From contig DASXQR010000146.1 of the NCBI GenBank assembly GCA_036507075.1, positions 1-64,000 on the forward strand: a DNA stretch of 64,000 nucleotides, read 5' to 3'. Below the pieces are notes generated by a model. The model was not told the DNA's origin. It ran no database searches and saw only the letters and a program-made list of their open reading frames with translations. This DNA is from Acidobacteriota bacterium (GTDB taxonomy: Bacteria; Acidobacteriota; UBA6911; JACQSX01). A program made the translations under genes and the position numbers. Below, in pieces: positions 10,037 through 19,786 of the stretch (within the stretch, counting starts at the first letter, position 1; every line of letters starts with the position of its first letter).

Positions 10037-13000
10037 CTAGAAGTGCAGCTTCAATCCGAATCGAATGTAGCGTTCCGGCGCGTTCCCACTGGTGCCGGTG
10101 ATCCACATGAACTGACTTGACGTTGCGGTGCCATTCGGATTGTTGAAATGAGGCGTGTTGGTCAGGTTGAAAAACTCCGACCGGAACTCAAGACCTAAAT
10201 CCTCAGTCACCTTGAAGTTCCGGAAGATCGAAAAATCCAGATTGACCCAGGTCGGCCCGCGCAGGATGTTGCGACCGCTGTTTCCATAGCAGTTCAGATT
10301 GGTGCAACTGGTCCCAGGCACTCGGGTGATGGCCGCAAAGGCACTCCGATCATAGTACGGGTTCTGCACACCTATCCCGCCCAGCTTTTGCACATCCGAC
10401 TTGACCTGATCGGCGGTCTGGGAGTTAGCCCTGTTATTAATCGGTGACCCGGAACCGACCGTGAAAGGCGTGTTCTGATTAGCCGAGAAGATCCCATTGA
10501 GCTGCCAACCTCCAATGACCTTGTCAGTAACACTACTACCACCCTTGCCGAAGGGCAGTTCGTATATCGTTGCCAACTGCAGCATGTGGGGACGATTGTA
10601 GCCGGCCTGAGCGCGGTTTCGCCCTATCAAGGCCGGATCGTTCCAGCCAACACCGGTCCATCCGTCATCATCGCTCATGTTAATGGCTCTGGAGTAAGTG
10701 TAGGCTCCCTTGACAAAAAAACCGTTGGCGTAATGGCGATTGATCGCCGCCTGCAAGGAGTGATAGTTCGAACTCAGCCAACCGTCCCAGAACCAGACGT
10801 CTGTTGTACTCTTGGGAAAGAGCTGGCGCCCCGAATTACCTCCTCCCGCGGGAGACCAGTTTATGTTGTTGTCGGCTAGCTGGTGAACCGTTTGCGTTCC
10901 GACGTAGCCAAACGATACGACAAAGTCCGCCGGAAATTTGCGCTCGTAAACCATGTTCCAGCTCTGGATGTATCCGCGGTGAATCTTGTCAGGGGGCATC
11001 GTCCTCTGCTGCACGAACGAAGGTAACGGAATGCGCGCGCCTGGACGGGAATCGGGCCCGGCGAAAAGCGGAATCCCCTGACTGATCGTGCGGAAGGGAA
11101 TGAAAGAGTCCTGCGCATCAAAATCCGCTGCCACCGTCAGCGGATAAAAACCACGCAGCGGACGCGCAAAGGGAAGCGGATCGTAAGTAACGCCATAACC
11201 CGCTCGGAATACATTATTGTCGGATGCCCGGTACGCGAAACCTACGCGTGGAGCCAAAAGGGTCTTGCTCACGGAAATGTTGTTATCCAGGACCATCTCA
11301 AAAGTTTTCAGGTCCAGGAATTCCATCTTCCGATCGTCGCGCGTGACCAGCGGATAGTATTCATAACGCAAACCCGCGGTGACGGTCAGCTTGGGTGTCA
11401 TTTGCCAACGATCCCGCAGATACCAGGCATGCTGCCACTCGTTGGCAGTCATCAACTCCCACTGGAGACTCTTTCCCATGCTGTTGGACAAGCCCAGAAG
11501 GTATGAGGCCCAACCATTCGCCTCGCGAGGGGAAGCGCCACCCTTAAGAGCGGTGGTGTTTTGGCTGAAAGCCAGAACTCCTCGGGGTCCCCGGCCGATT
11601 TCAGGCTGCCAATGATCGAGCATGTGCTTGACCAGGTCGTATCCGAATCTTATTTCGTGAGGACCCCTCGTCCAGCTAAAGTTATTGGCAACGGTCAAGC
11701 TGTTCTCGTTTCGGAAAAGTGGACTCCATCCATCTACTTGGCCCCAATCCGAAAAGCCAGCCACGCTGAACGTTGGCACGCCGGCGCAGCGGTTAACTCC
11801 TCCAACAATGCAGGCCCTGTCCTGGCCCGCAGCGGCGTTGGTGCCGGGGATCCCCAAAGTTTCCAAACCGAAGTTGCCTAGACCGATATCAGCCGTGAGC
11901 ACTTGCTGATCCATGTCTGTAAATCCAAAATTGCCGTCTATCAGAAAGTTGGGCGATACGGTAAACGTATGACCGGCTCCGTACACTTTCACATCCGTCA
12001 AGCCTCTGCCGTCTCCACCGCCTCCGACCGCGCCGCCGCCTCCCTTGCCAAATGCCGCGGTCTTTGCCACCGTAGCATCCAACCAGCTAAACTTTCCCCA
12101 GATTCGATGCTTTTCAGACCGATACCAGTCGACTTTGGCGTCGTAATTGTGACGATCCATCGCCTCCACACCCGCCACTCCGAAGTTATTGGTTATTCCC
12201 GGAAGGTTCGGGAGCGGCAAGAGATCCTGCGTCTTTAAGGCCACCTGATTCAAACGGTTCTGCGGAATGACGTTATTGGGGAAAGCCTGGCGACCGGTGC
12301 CGTCGGCATTGCCCGTATTCGGATCGTAAATAATAGTTGACGGCAAACCAGCGGTGTTTCCGGGGAGGAAGGCGCTGAAATCTCCGCGGCGCTGGTCGGC
12401 GGTCGGCACAGTGAAATTTTGCGAACGCGCATAGCGCTGAAAGAGGCCTTCCCAGCCGCCGAAAAAGAACAGTTTGTTCTTGATGACGGGGCCGCCGACC
12501 GTGAAGCCATCAATATTGCGCTTGCCGCTCGGGACATCCGCTTTGCCGTCGCCGTCCGTGTCCAGAAAATTGAAGAAATTCCGCGCGTTTAACGCACTGT
12601 TCTCGTGATAACCGAAGATGGAACCGTGGAAACTATTGGTTCCCGATTTGGTCACCACGGTCAGGGCCGCGCCGCCGGCAAAACCCTGCTCCGCATCGAA
12701 ATTATTTGTCGAGACATTCACCACCTCGATTGTCTCCTGCGGCGGAACATAGGCGCTGTGGTGAGGCAGCCAGATATTGACGCTCTGCGCTCCGTCAATG
12801 CGTGTGTTGTTGTTATTGCGCGCCGTTCCATTGACGTTGGTCGTCAGCGAACGACCGGGGGTGTCAGTGATTGCATTTTGAAACCCGACCGGCGTCGCGC
12901 CGGGAACCAGGTTAAGCAGAGCCTGATAGTTGCGATACCCGTTGCTCGGCAAGTCCGCGATGGCTTTGCTTTCCAGATTTGTTCGAACGTCGGTTGTGTC

Positions 13001-13414
13001 GGTTTGAAGCAGTGTGTGCTCTCCAGAGACTGTAACTGCCTGGCTGATCTCGCCGACCTGGAGGGTCACATTCCGTCGGGTCACGTTGCCTACTGTGATC
13101 TCGACAGTTTCATCTATAAATTCCTTAAAACCACCGAGGCTCGCCTTTAACCTGTACGTGCCTTTCGGCACATTGCGGATCAAATAGGCGCCGGTATCGT
13201 CCGTGACCGCCGACTGTGACAGGTTAGTTTCTTTATTGGTGACGCTGACTTCGACGCCAGGAACGACGGCGCCCGAGGAATCCACAACAATCCCTGCAAT
13301 CGAGCCGTACAGTACCTGAGCGTAGGCACTGCGCGACGCCAGGAAACCAACGGCCAGCAGTAAAGCCAAAGCAAAGACAAAAACCGGTCTGTCTCTCTTA
13401 GTGAATAGCCCCAT
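10037..13414 (-). CDS. TonB-dependent receptor (Oar-like, carboxypeptidase-regulatory N-domain)
   Basis: G.I.G.V.D.SGAVVPG N-domain, TKSGTNSFHGS, C-terminal FRSEFFNLTNTPHF...FGLKLHF. Confidence 0.93.
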   Translation of the reverse strand: MGLFTKRDRPVFVFALALLLAVGFLASRSAYAQVLYGSIAGIVVDSSGAVVPGVEVSVTNKETNLSQSAVTDDTGAYLIRNVPKGTYRLKASLGGFKEFIDETVEITVGNVTRRNVTLQVGEISQAVTVSGEHTLLQTDTTDVRTNLESKAIADLPSNGYRNYQALLNLVPGATPVGFQNAITDTPGRSLTTNVNGTARNNNNTRIDGAQSVNIWLPHHSAYVPPQETIEVVNVSTNNFDAEQGFAGGAALTVVTKSGTNSFHGSIFGYHENSALNARNFFNFLDTDGDGKADVPSGKRNIDGFTVGGPVIKNKLFFFGGWEGLFQRYARSQNFTVPTADQRRGDFSAFLPGNTAGLPSTIIYDPNTGNADGTGRQAFPNNVIPQNRLNQVALKTQDLLPLPNLPGITNNFGVAGVEAMDRHNYDAKVDWYRSEKHRIWGKFSWLDATVAKTAAFGKGGGGAVGGGGDGRGLTDVKVYGAGHTFTVSPNFLIDGNFGFTDMDQQVLTADIGLGNFGLETLGIPGTNAAAGQDRACIVGGVNRCAGVPTFSVAGFSDWGQVDGWSPLFRNENSLTVANNFSWTRGPHEIRFGYDLVKHMLDHWQPEIGRGPRGVLAFSQNTTALKGGASPREANGWASYLLGLSNSMGKSLQWELMTANEWQHAWYLRDRWQMTPKLTVTAGLRYEYYPLVTRDDRKMEFLDLKTFEMVLDNNISVSKTLLAPRVGFAYRASDNNVFRAGYGVTYDPLPFARPLRGFYPLTVAADFDAQDSFIPFRTISQGIPLFAGPDSRPGARIPLPSFVQQRTMPPDKIHRGYIQSWNMVYERKFPADFVVSFGYVGTQTVHQLADNNINWSPAGGGNSGRQLFPKSTTDVWFWDGWLSSNYHSLQAAINRHYANGFFVKGAYTYSRAINMSDDDGWTGVGWNDPALIGRNRAQAGYNRPHMLQLATIYELPFGKGGSSVTDKVIGGWQLNGIFSANQNTPFTVGSGSPINNRANSQTADQVKSDVQKLGGIGVQNPYYDRSAFAAITRVPGTSCTNLNCYGNSGRNILRGPTWVNLDFSIFRNFKVTEDLGLEFRSEFFNLTNTPHFNNPNGTATSSQFMWITGTSGNAPERYIRFGLKLHF

Positions 13415-13657
13415 AAACCCTCCCAGATTTGGTGACTTGACGTATCACTGACAGAATTACTGCAAAGTTTTGCGATTTACGCTTGCACTTTCCGTACCAG
13501 TTTACTCCCCAGCAAATACTCCATCCTTTGATGATGTAACTTACTTATAATCTGATGTTTATCCTCTACCAAGTCATGCCAGAAAACAGGCGGCAGGCAC
13601 AAACCTATTCGACGATTTGGATGTTCCCGGTGGCTCGATTCAACAATTTGAATTTAA

Positions 13658-13714
13658 CACCACAAAGGCACCAAGGCACAAAGGTAACTTTGTGTTCTTT
13701 GTGTCTTTGTGGTG
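13658..13714. repeat. Nonamer-type REP hairpin (accacaaaggcac.../...ctttgtggt)
   Basis: Inverted repeat seen directly; similar elements at ~665-710, ~2721-2767 and ~15637-15698. Confidence 0.7.
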
Positions 13715-13720
13715 ATTGAC

Positions 13721-15361
13721 TCACCGCCCGAGTGCCAGCTTCTTTTCCTCGACAACCTGGAACTGTCTCGAGGCCTTTAAGCTCTTCTGGCTCGTGCGGT
13801 CCACCACTTCCACGCCGATCTCGTAACGACCGGGCGCCAAACCGTCCAAGCTGAGCCGCTTGACCAGCACCACTCTCCTGCCCGAGGAGAATTCCGTGGA
13901 CTCGCCGTTCTCGTCTACGGCCGTTCTCAACAGCTCACCGTTCTTAAGCAGCTTGTAGGTCACGCGCAAGGATGGACTGAGAGTCGTCTGGTCCACGGCC
14001 GCTCCATAAACCTGCAGATAGACACCCAGCGGCATACGCTCGCTGAACAGGCTGTCGACGTTGGGACGAATTTTGACATCTCCCAGAACAAACATCTCTT
14101 CCTTCTCGGGAAGTTTTTCCAGCCGCTCGATGGCGTCCGAAAGAATCAAGGTGCTGCTGCTCAGTTTTTCTCCCGCGAACGCCGGAGGAAGGATGGCTTT
14201 CTGGACAACGCCCATTTTTCCGCTGTTCAGATCCTTCAAAACCAGGTCCACGCGGTAACTCATCTTCTGGTCGAGAAGCAGGATCTTCTGATAAATCGAC
14301 GATTTTTGAATCCCGATCTCCAGCGTCTCTTTGCGATAAGTAGTCGTCAGATCATCATCGAATTCCATGATGATCCGGTTGGCTATGCTGGTGACCACGC
14401 CATAAACGGCGATGCGAGCCAGGTGCAGCTCGCCCTCCGTTTTGAAAGTGAGATTCTTGTTTCGCACTCGAATTGTCAGAGGAACCAGGACCTGGCTGTC
14501 GCTTAACCTGAAATACTGCTCCTGACACTCAAAGGGAAGATTCTGATAGGAGAGATTGACTTTGACCACCTGCCTTAGATCATCGTACTTGAGCGGCTTG
14601 GGGGCCTGAGCCTTGGCGATCAGTTCGTATCTTGCAAAAGGGACGTCATTGACCCGGCTGTACCACAAGTTCGGGTTCACGCCGTGTCCGCCTGCCGCGG
14701 GGGTCAGCTCCGGCCGGTCCGCCCGAGTGGCAAGCCCGGTCTGCTCGGCCAGCGTTTTGCCTGCGCCGGGAAACTGGAGCAGCGCGTCCTTTTCCCAGGG
14801 GAAGACAGCCAGTTGATATTTGCCGGTGAAGGTCGAATCGACGAACTCCAGAATCACGTCTGATCCGATCCCTTCAATATACTTGTAGCGCCACCTTTCG
14901 AACGGATAGGTGGACGTGGTGCCTCCGCCTTCCCTCATTTCCCGTTGATAGAAGCCGCCGCTGGGGCGCGACTCCATCGAATCGGGCGGGCCGTGAATGA
15001 TGTATATCCTTCCCCGGTCCGTCATCCAGCCCCGGTCGCCGCTGGCGAAGTGCTCATTGGCATAGGCGATGCGCCGGTAATGCTCTTCTTTGAATTCGTT
15101 GTTGGCGGTGCGTGGATCCGGATCGCGCCTGTACCAGAACTGCTCGATGAATTGTTCTTTCTCGTCAGACGTGGTCAGCTTCTCAAAAACGCCGCGCTCT
15201 TCCTCGGTGATGATGTAGACGACGTCTTCCTTGAGCCACTTCTTGAAGTAGTCCTTTTCAATCTCGCGTTGAGCGGCCGAAGGATCTTTCTTCTGCGCAA
15301 GGCCGGGCGCCACTGCAAGCAGGAGAATCAGCGAAGTTGTGAGCGTCCGTTTCCAATCCAT
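13721..15361 (-). CDS. GWxTD domain-containing protein
   Basis: KWLKEDVVYIIT, FWYRRDPDP, EHYRRIAYAN, GWMTDRGRIYI; start placed at MDWKRT. Confidence 0.92.
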   Translation of the reverse strand: MDWKRTLTTSLILLLAVAPGLAQKKDPSAAQREIEKDYFKKWLKEDVVYIITEEERGVFEKLTTSDEKEQFIEQFWYRRDPDPRTANNEFKEEHYRRIAYANEHFASGDRGWMTDRGRIYIIHGPPDSMESRPSGGFYQREMREGGGTTSTYPFERWRYKYIEGIGSDVILEFVDSTFTGKYQLAVFPWEKDALLQFPGAGKTLAEQTGLATRADRPELTPAAGGHGVNPNLWYSRVNDVPFARYELIAKAQAPKPLKYDDLRQVVKVNLSYQNLPFECQEQYFRLSDSQVLVPLTIRVRNKNLTFKTEGELHLARIAVYGVVTSIANRIIMEFDDDLTTTYRKETLEIGIQKSSIYQKILLLDQKMSYRVDLVLKDLNSGKMGVVQKAILPPAFAGEKLSSSTLILSDAIERLEKLPEKEEMFVLGDVKIRPNVDSLFSERMPLGVYLQVYGAAVDQTTLSPSLRVTYKLLKNGELLRTAVDENGESTEFSSGRRVVLVKRLSLDGLAPGRYEIGVEVVDRTSQKSLKASRQFQVVEEKKLALGR

Positions 15362-15701
15362 AAGCGAAGCTCCCTGCGATTCTAGCAGACCCGAAGCACG
15401 GCGAAAAACGTTTAAACCACAAAGACATGAGCAACCCCAACCTTCGCGCTTTCGCGCCTTGACGGTTCCGGCCCTTTTTGGATGGTTCTGAAAAATCCGA
15501 GGATCAGTCATGAGATCAAATCGCCGCACCTTTGTCTCTTTTGTTGCCTGCAAGCATGGCGGCACTGCCGGCTGCCGGAAAGGGCTATACCATGGCGGAA
15601 ATCGATCGAAAGACATCCCGCGGAGTAAAAGCGCGCGAATCACACGAATTCATTAAAGGATATTTCGTGTAATTCGTGAAATTCGCGTAATTCGTGCGCA
15701 A

Positions 15702-17687
15702 TTACCGCTTCTTGACCCAAATAGGACTTGACCACGCCATCGCGATTCTGTCGCGAATGAAGCCGGCTTGGCGCAGGCGCGCGTAGTATATGGAGTCTTC
15801 GCGAAATGCTTCGTCTGTGCCTTCCCATTGGAAATCAAGTTTCCCCGGTTTAAAGGAATAGATCACCCGGAATTTTTTGTCCGACGCGCTGTACCGCAGG
15901 ATTTCCGCCAGTTCGACGGTGGCCGTCCCGTGGGCTTCCAGCTTCAGGCGCACCGGACCTTGCGCAGTGACCTGCCGTCCCATCGGGGTCGTGTTGATTG
16001 AAAAATCGAGAAGGATGCGCGCGCCCGTGGTGCCGTACGTTCGACGTTCATAGAGCGCATCGAAAATCTCCTCTCGAGTCAGGCCGCTCGCCGCTACTGC
16101 GGCAAGTCCCCAGTGTGGCTGGCCCGGATGGGCACGATGATCGTCCGAAGCAGCGATGGTACTCAATATCAGGCCGCGCATCCATACATCCTGGGCGAAC
16201 TTGGGCCCGGGAGAGGAGCTTGCCGGACCGGTAAAAAGACTCTGTTCGAAAGCCAGGGCGTGGATCGGATCGTAGGCTTCGCTCAAGCCATGTCCCGAGT
16301 AAATTTCGAAATTCCTTCTCAGTTCGGGGTCGTGATAGCTAAAGTCCACCACTGGTGGCATCTTCCCCGTGTGGTGAGGAATCGTCAGCGCCTGTCCGGC
16401 TGTAAGGGCCTTCCACAATTCCGGAAGTGTAACCGCTTCCGAAGACAGCAGCGGGCCGGGCCTGCCGCGAAAGAAGACGTTGTGGTGGCCGTAAGGGGAA
16501 CCGAAGGATGCTTCGTAGGCATGAATGGTGACGAACTGTTTCGGCTGATAATACCGGTCAGTCAGTTGGACGTATTCATCCCAGACGTGCTTGCCCAGCC
16601 CTTGAGTGAAGCCGCCTCTTGCAATTCGACTATGGTCAGTCATGGCATAAAATTCAAGCCCGGAAATATCGCGCGCGTATTCGAAGTTTCCCTCTCCTAC
16701 GCCGTCCCAACTGTACCTGGTGTGAGAGTGAAGGTCGCCCCAGTAGATTTTTAGCGGCGGTTCCTGCGCAAATACTTTCATCGGATTGCTGACCGTTCGC
16801 AGTCCGCTCTTCATGCCCGACGCAGCAATTCGAATCACACCTTCACGCGCGGGAACGACTGTCACGGTCTGCCACGGTTGGCTCTTGCTGAAAGGGATCC
16901 TTGAAGGTCCGCTGACCTTGTCTTGATCCATCTGGAGGATGATTTCATCGTCGAAATCGCGCGCGGGATTACTGTTGGCGTCAACCACAGACAGTCGCAA
17001 CTGCGCGGGCCGTCCCATCACGAGATTCGATGGACCGATCACCATCAACTCGGTTGCGGGGCCGCCATAAGCGACGATAGTTGGCCGATCCGGCAGCAGC
17101 TTGAAATCGGCTGCGCCCTCCGTGTTGAGCGCCACCAGAACAGGCTCCGGGCGCGTGCTGATGATGGCAGCCTCCATTCCGCGGCTTCCTTGCGACGTAT
17201 CGCCATAAATTACCGAGAGAGTGTCTCCCTCCTTCAACGCCCCTTCCAGGACCTCGACTCGAACGACAAACACATAGCGCTCGAATCGTCCGTCCAGACT
17301 TCTGCGCGGAGCTTTGACCAGCCATTCCGCGCGTTCCGGCTCCGATTCGACGATTGTCTTGAGGCGCACGTCGCCGCGCGATGCGCGGGCGGAAACGAAA
17401 TGATCGGCGGCCGGATCGGTCGCCTGCAATCGCTTGGCAGAGTTGCGAATGCCGGAATGCCAGGAATCCGGCAGTTGCGTGCGAATCCCGCCGCCTTTCT
17501 TTATGCCATCCGGCCCGACGTGATATGTCACCGTCCAACTGCCGAACTGGCCCGCCACCGCATGATTTGGAGTGATTGTCACGCGCTCGGAATTCAGCCG
17601 CTGGCGCGAGGCCAGATCAGAGAAGAGTGAAGCCGCGACCAGCCAAAGAACAATTTGCCTGCCCAGCGCTCTCGATGCGTTTTCCAT
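15702..17687 (-). CDS. DUF3604 / CehA-McbA-like PHP-fold metallohydrolase
   Basis: YWGDLHSHT..S.DG, AMTDH, GHHNV, IPHH, ASDDH, RRTYGTTG, MAWSSPIW. Confidence 0.85.
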   Translation of the reverse strand: MENASRALGRQIVLWLVAASLFSDLASRQRLNSERVTITPNHAVAGQFGSWTVTYHVGPDGIKKGGGIRTQLPDSWHSGIRNSAKRLQATDPAADHFVSARASRGDVRLKTIVESEPERAEWLVKAPRRSLDGRFERYVFVVRVEVLEGALKEGDTLSVIYGDTSQGSRGMEAAIISTRPEPVLVALNTEGAADFKLLPDRPTIVAYGGPATELMVIGPSNLVMGRPAQLRLSVVDANSNPARDFDDEIILQMDQDKVSGPSRIPFSKSQPWQTVTVVPAREGVIRIAASGMKSGLRTVSNPMKVFAQEPPLKIYWGDLHSHTRYSWDGVGEGNFEYARDISGLEFYAMTDHSRIARGGFTQGLGKHVWDEYVQLTDRYYQPKQFVTIHAYEASFGSPYGHHNVFFRGRPGPLLSSEAVTLPELWKALTAGQALTIPHHTGKMPPVVDFSYHDPELRRNFEIYSGHGLSEAYDPIHALAFEQSLFTGPASSSPGPKFAQDVWMRGLILSTIAASDDHRAHPGQPHWGLAAVAASGLTREEIFDALYERRTYGTTGARILLDFSINTTPMGRQVTAQGPVRLKLEAHGTATVELAEILRYSASDKKFRVIYSFKPGKLDFQWEGTDEAFREDSIYYARLRQAGFIRDRIAMAWSSPIWVKKR

Positions 17688-18106
17688 GATGAGGTTATAT
17701 CCTTATTATGGGACATTTCAGTAGTGGATAGACGGCGTGAGGGCCGTCTCAGCTTGGCAGTACATTGGACAGAGAGACGGCCCTCAGGCCGTCTCCCGGC
17801 GCTGCTAAGCGGCGTTCAGTACCGCGATCCGTAAAGGTCGCGGCGCGCCAGGCTGACGAGTCACTTTTTCCACCGCCATTTGAGGCTCGCCATTCTGGCT
17901 CGCCGCAAGCTGGTGGATCGGTACTGCGGCTGGCTTGGCGAGAGCTGGCCCCTTCCTTCCACTCCAAACCTTGACACCCGCTGGCAACCACGTCGTTCTA
18001 TAATTGGACCGCTCAAACCAGGGGAGGCGTTCTCGTTTATCGGTCTCAGGGGTCGTTGCGCCCGCGCCGCAGGCCGTAGAGGTTTTGAAAATAAGGAGGA
18101 CCGGTC

Positions 18107-19345
18107 ATGAATTCAACTCGTCGCACTTTCGTCTCTTCTTTGTTGCCAGTAAGCATGGCGGCGCTGCCGGCTGCCAGAAAGGGCTACAGCATGGCGGAAA
18201 TAGATCGAAAGGCATCCCGCGGCGTAAAAGCGGCGAAGCTTTCCAAGCCTGACCTTCCTACACCGGCGCTGCTGGTCGATCTGGATGTTTTTGAAGCCAA
18301 CATCAAAAAAATGGCTGCGCATGCTCGGGCGGCGGGCAAAAATCTCCGGCCTCACGCCAAGACGCACAAATCGGCGGAAGCGGCGCGACGCCAGCAGGCC
18401 GCCGGAGCCATCGGCGTGTGCGTCGCAACTGTTCCGGAGGCCGAAGTGATGGTCCGCGGAGGAATTCGAGGAGTGCTGCTTACCTCGCCCATCATGACCG
18501 CGGGAAAGATGGAACGGATGGTGCGACTGGCAGGTGAGGAACCCGCCTTGATTGTGGCAGTCGATCATCCGCGCCAGGTTGAACTCTACCAGGCTGCCGC
18601 TGCTGCCGCGCGCCGCCGGCTGAACGTGGTGGTCGATCTCAGCGTGGGAGACGGCCGAACAGGCGCAGCCTCGGTAGAGTCGGCGCTGGATCTGGCAAAG
18701 CTTGTAGACAAGAGCGGGAACCTGAAGCTTCGAGGGGCCGAGGCATATTCCGGACGCTCTTCACACACGGTTGGATTTGAGAAACGTCGGGCTTATTCTC
18801 ACGAGGTCATGGCCGCAGCCTTGAACCTTCGTGAACGGCTGCGAACCACCGGCCTGCCGGCCGACGTCCTTTCCGGCGGAAGCACGGGCACCTACAACAT
18901 CGACACGGAGCTGGACGGCATAACCGAGCTGCAGGTTGGCTCCTACATTTTCATGGATGTTGATTACCGCCGTATCGGCGGCAAAAGCGGCGAGCACTAC
19001 GAAGACTTTGCACCGTCCTTGTCGGTGCTGGCGACGGTGGTGAGTGCCAATCAGAAAACTCATGTAACCCTGGATGCGGGTGTGAAGGCTTTTTCAACCG
19101 ACCGGCAGTTTGGACCCGTCGCCAGGGACATTCAGGGCGTCAGCTATGGGTGGGGCGGAGATGAATTCGGAATTCTCAGACTGGAAAATCCATCGCGCGA
19201 AGTGAAACTGGGAGACCGCCTCGAATTCATCGTCCCGCACTGCGATCCGACCGTAAACCTCTACGACCGAATTTACGCCTGCCGCGGCGACCAGGTTGAA
19301 GAAATCTGGTCGGTCATGGACCGCTGGCGCGAAGCGAAATCCTAG
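18107..19345 (+). CDS. DSD1/D-threonine aldolase-like PLP enzyme (alanine racemase fold)
   Basis: LPTPAL, RPHAKTHK, SGGSTGT, ELQVGSYIFMD, PHCDPTVNL. Confidence 0.92.
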   Translation: MNSTRRTFVSSLLPVSMAALPAARKGYSMAEIDRKASRGVKAAKLSKPDLPTPALLVDLDVFEANIKKMAAHARAAGKNLRPHAKTHKSAEAARRQQAAGAIGVCVATVPEAEVMVRGGIRGVLLTSPIMTAGKMERMVRLAGEEPALIVAVDHPRQVELYQAAAAAARRRLNVVVDLSVGDGRTGAASVESALDLAKLVDKSGNLKLRGAEAYSGRSSHTVGFEKRRAYSHEVMAAALNLRERLRTTGLPADVLSGGSTGTYNIDTELDGITELQVGSYIFMDVDYRRIGGKSGEHYEDFAPSLSVLATVVSANQKTHVTLDAGVKAFSTDRQFGPVARDIQGVSYGWGGDEFGILRLENPSREVKLGDRLEFIVPHCDPTVNLYDRIYACRGDQVEEIWSVMDRWREAKS

Positions 19346-19359
19346 CGGCTCTATTTGCC

Positions 19360-19524
19360 GCCGCGGATTTACGCAGACTGCACGGATTTAATGGCCTCAG
19401 TTCGCGTAAACCCCCGGGGGCCGCAGGTTGGCGCGAATCATGCGGATCTTATCCGCCGCAGATTGACGCGAATCAGGCGGATCTTGTCTGCCGCAGATTG
19501 ACGCGGATCAGGCGGATCTTGTCT
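19360..19524 (+). repeat. REP-like region with 3 x 35-bp tandem units, homologous to 23558-23652
   Basis: gccgcagattgacgcgaatcaggcggatcttgtct-type units start at 19420, 19455 and 19490. Confidence 0.8.
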
Positions 19525-19548
19525 GCTAAACTTGCTCTCTCCCGGCCG

Positions 19549-19586
19549 GGGCGCTTAGCTCAGTTGGTCAGAGCGCCTGCCTTACA
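19549..19586 (+). pseudogene. 5' half of tRNA-Val(TAC)
   Basis: 38 nt identical to 23730-23767; ends in the anticodon loop (CTTACA). Confidence 0.9.
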
Positions 19587-19786
19587 GCCGCAACAAAAAA
19601 CCCTCACCGCAGAGACACGGGTCGTGAGAAGATCTGTTCGAGCTGCGCGCGCCGCCCCCAATGTCCTATAATTTCTTGTCGAAGTGCACTACCGGAATCG
19701 CATGCTCCTCGGCATATTTGTCTAACCTTTTCCGCGGATGTATGGTTTTCTGAAACCCGCGTCTGGGAAGCGAAGTGGAGGGGGAA

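Noticed and set aside
17971..18004. TTGACA...TATAAT promoter upstream of the DSD1 gene
   Set aside because: The 22-bp spacing is too long for a single sigma70 promoter.
19549..19586. Second functional tRNA-Val
   Set aside because: It lacks the 3' anticodon stem, T arm and 3' acceptor strand; the 62246 copy conversely lacks the 5' half.
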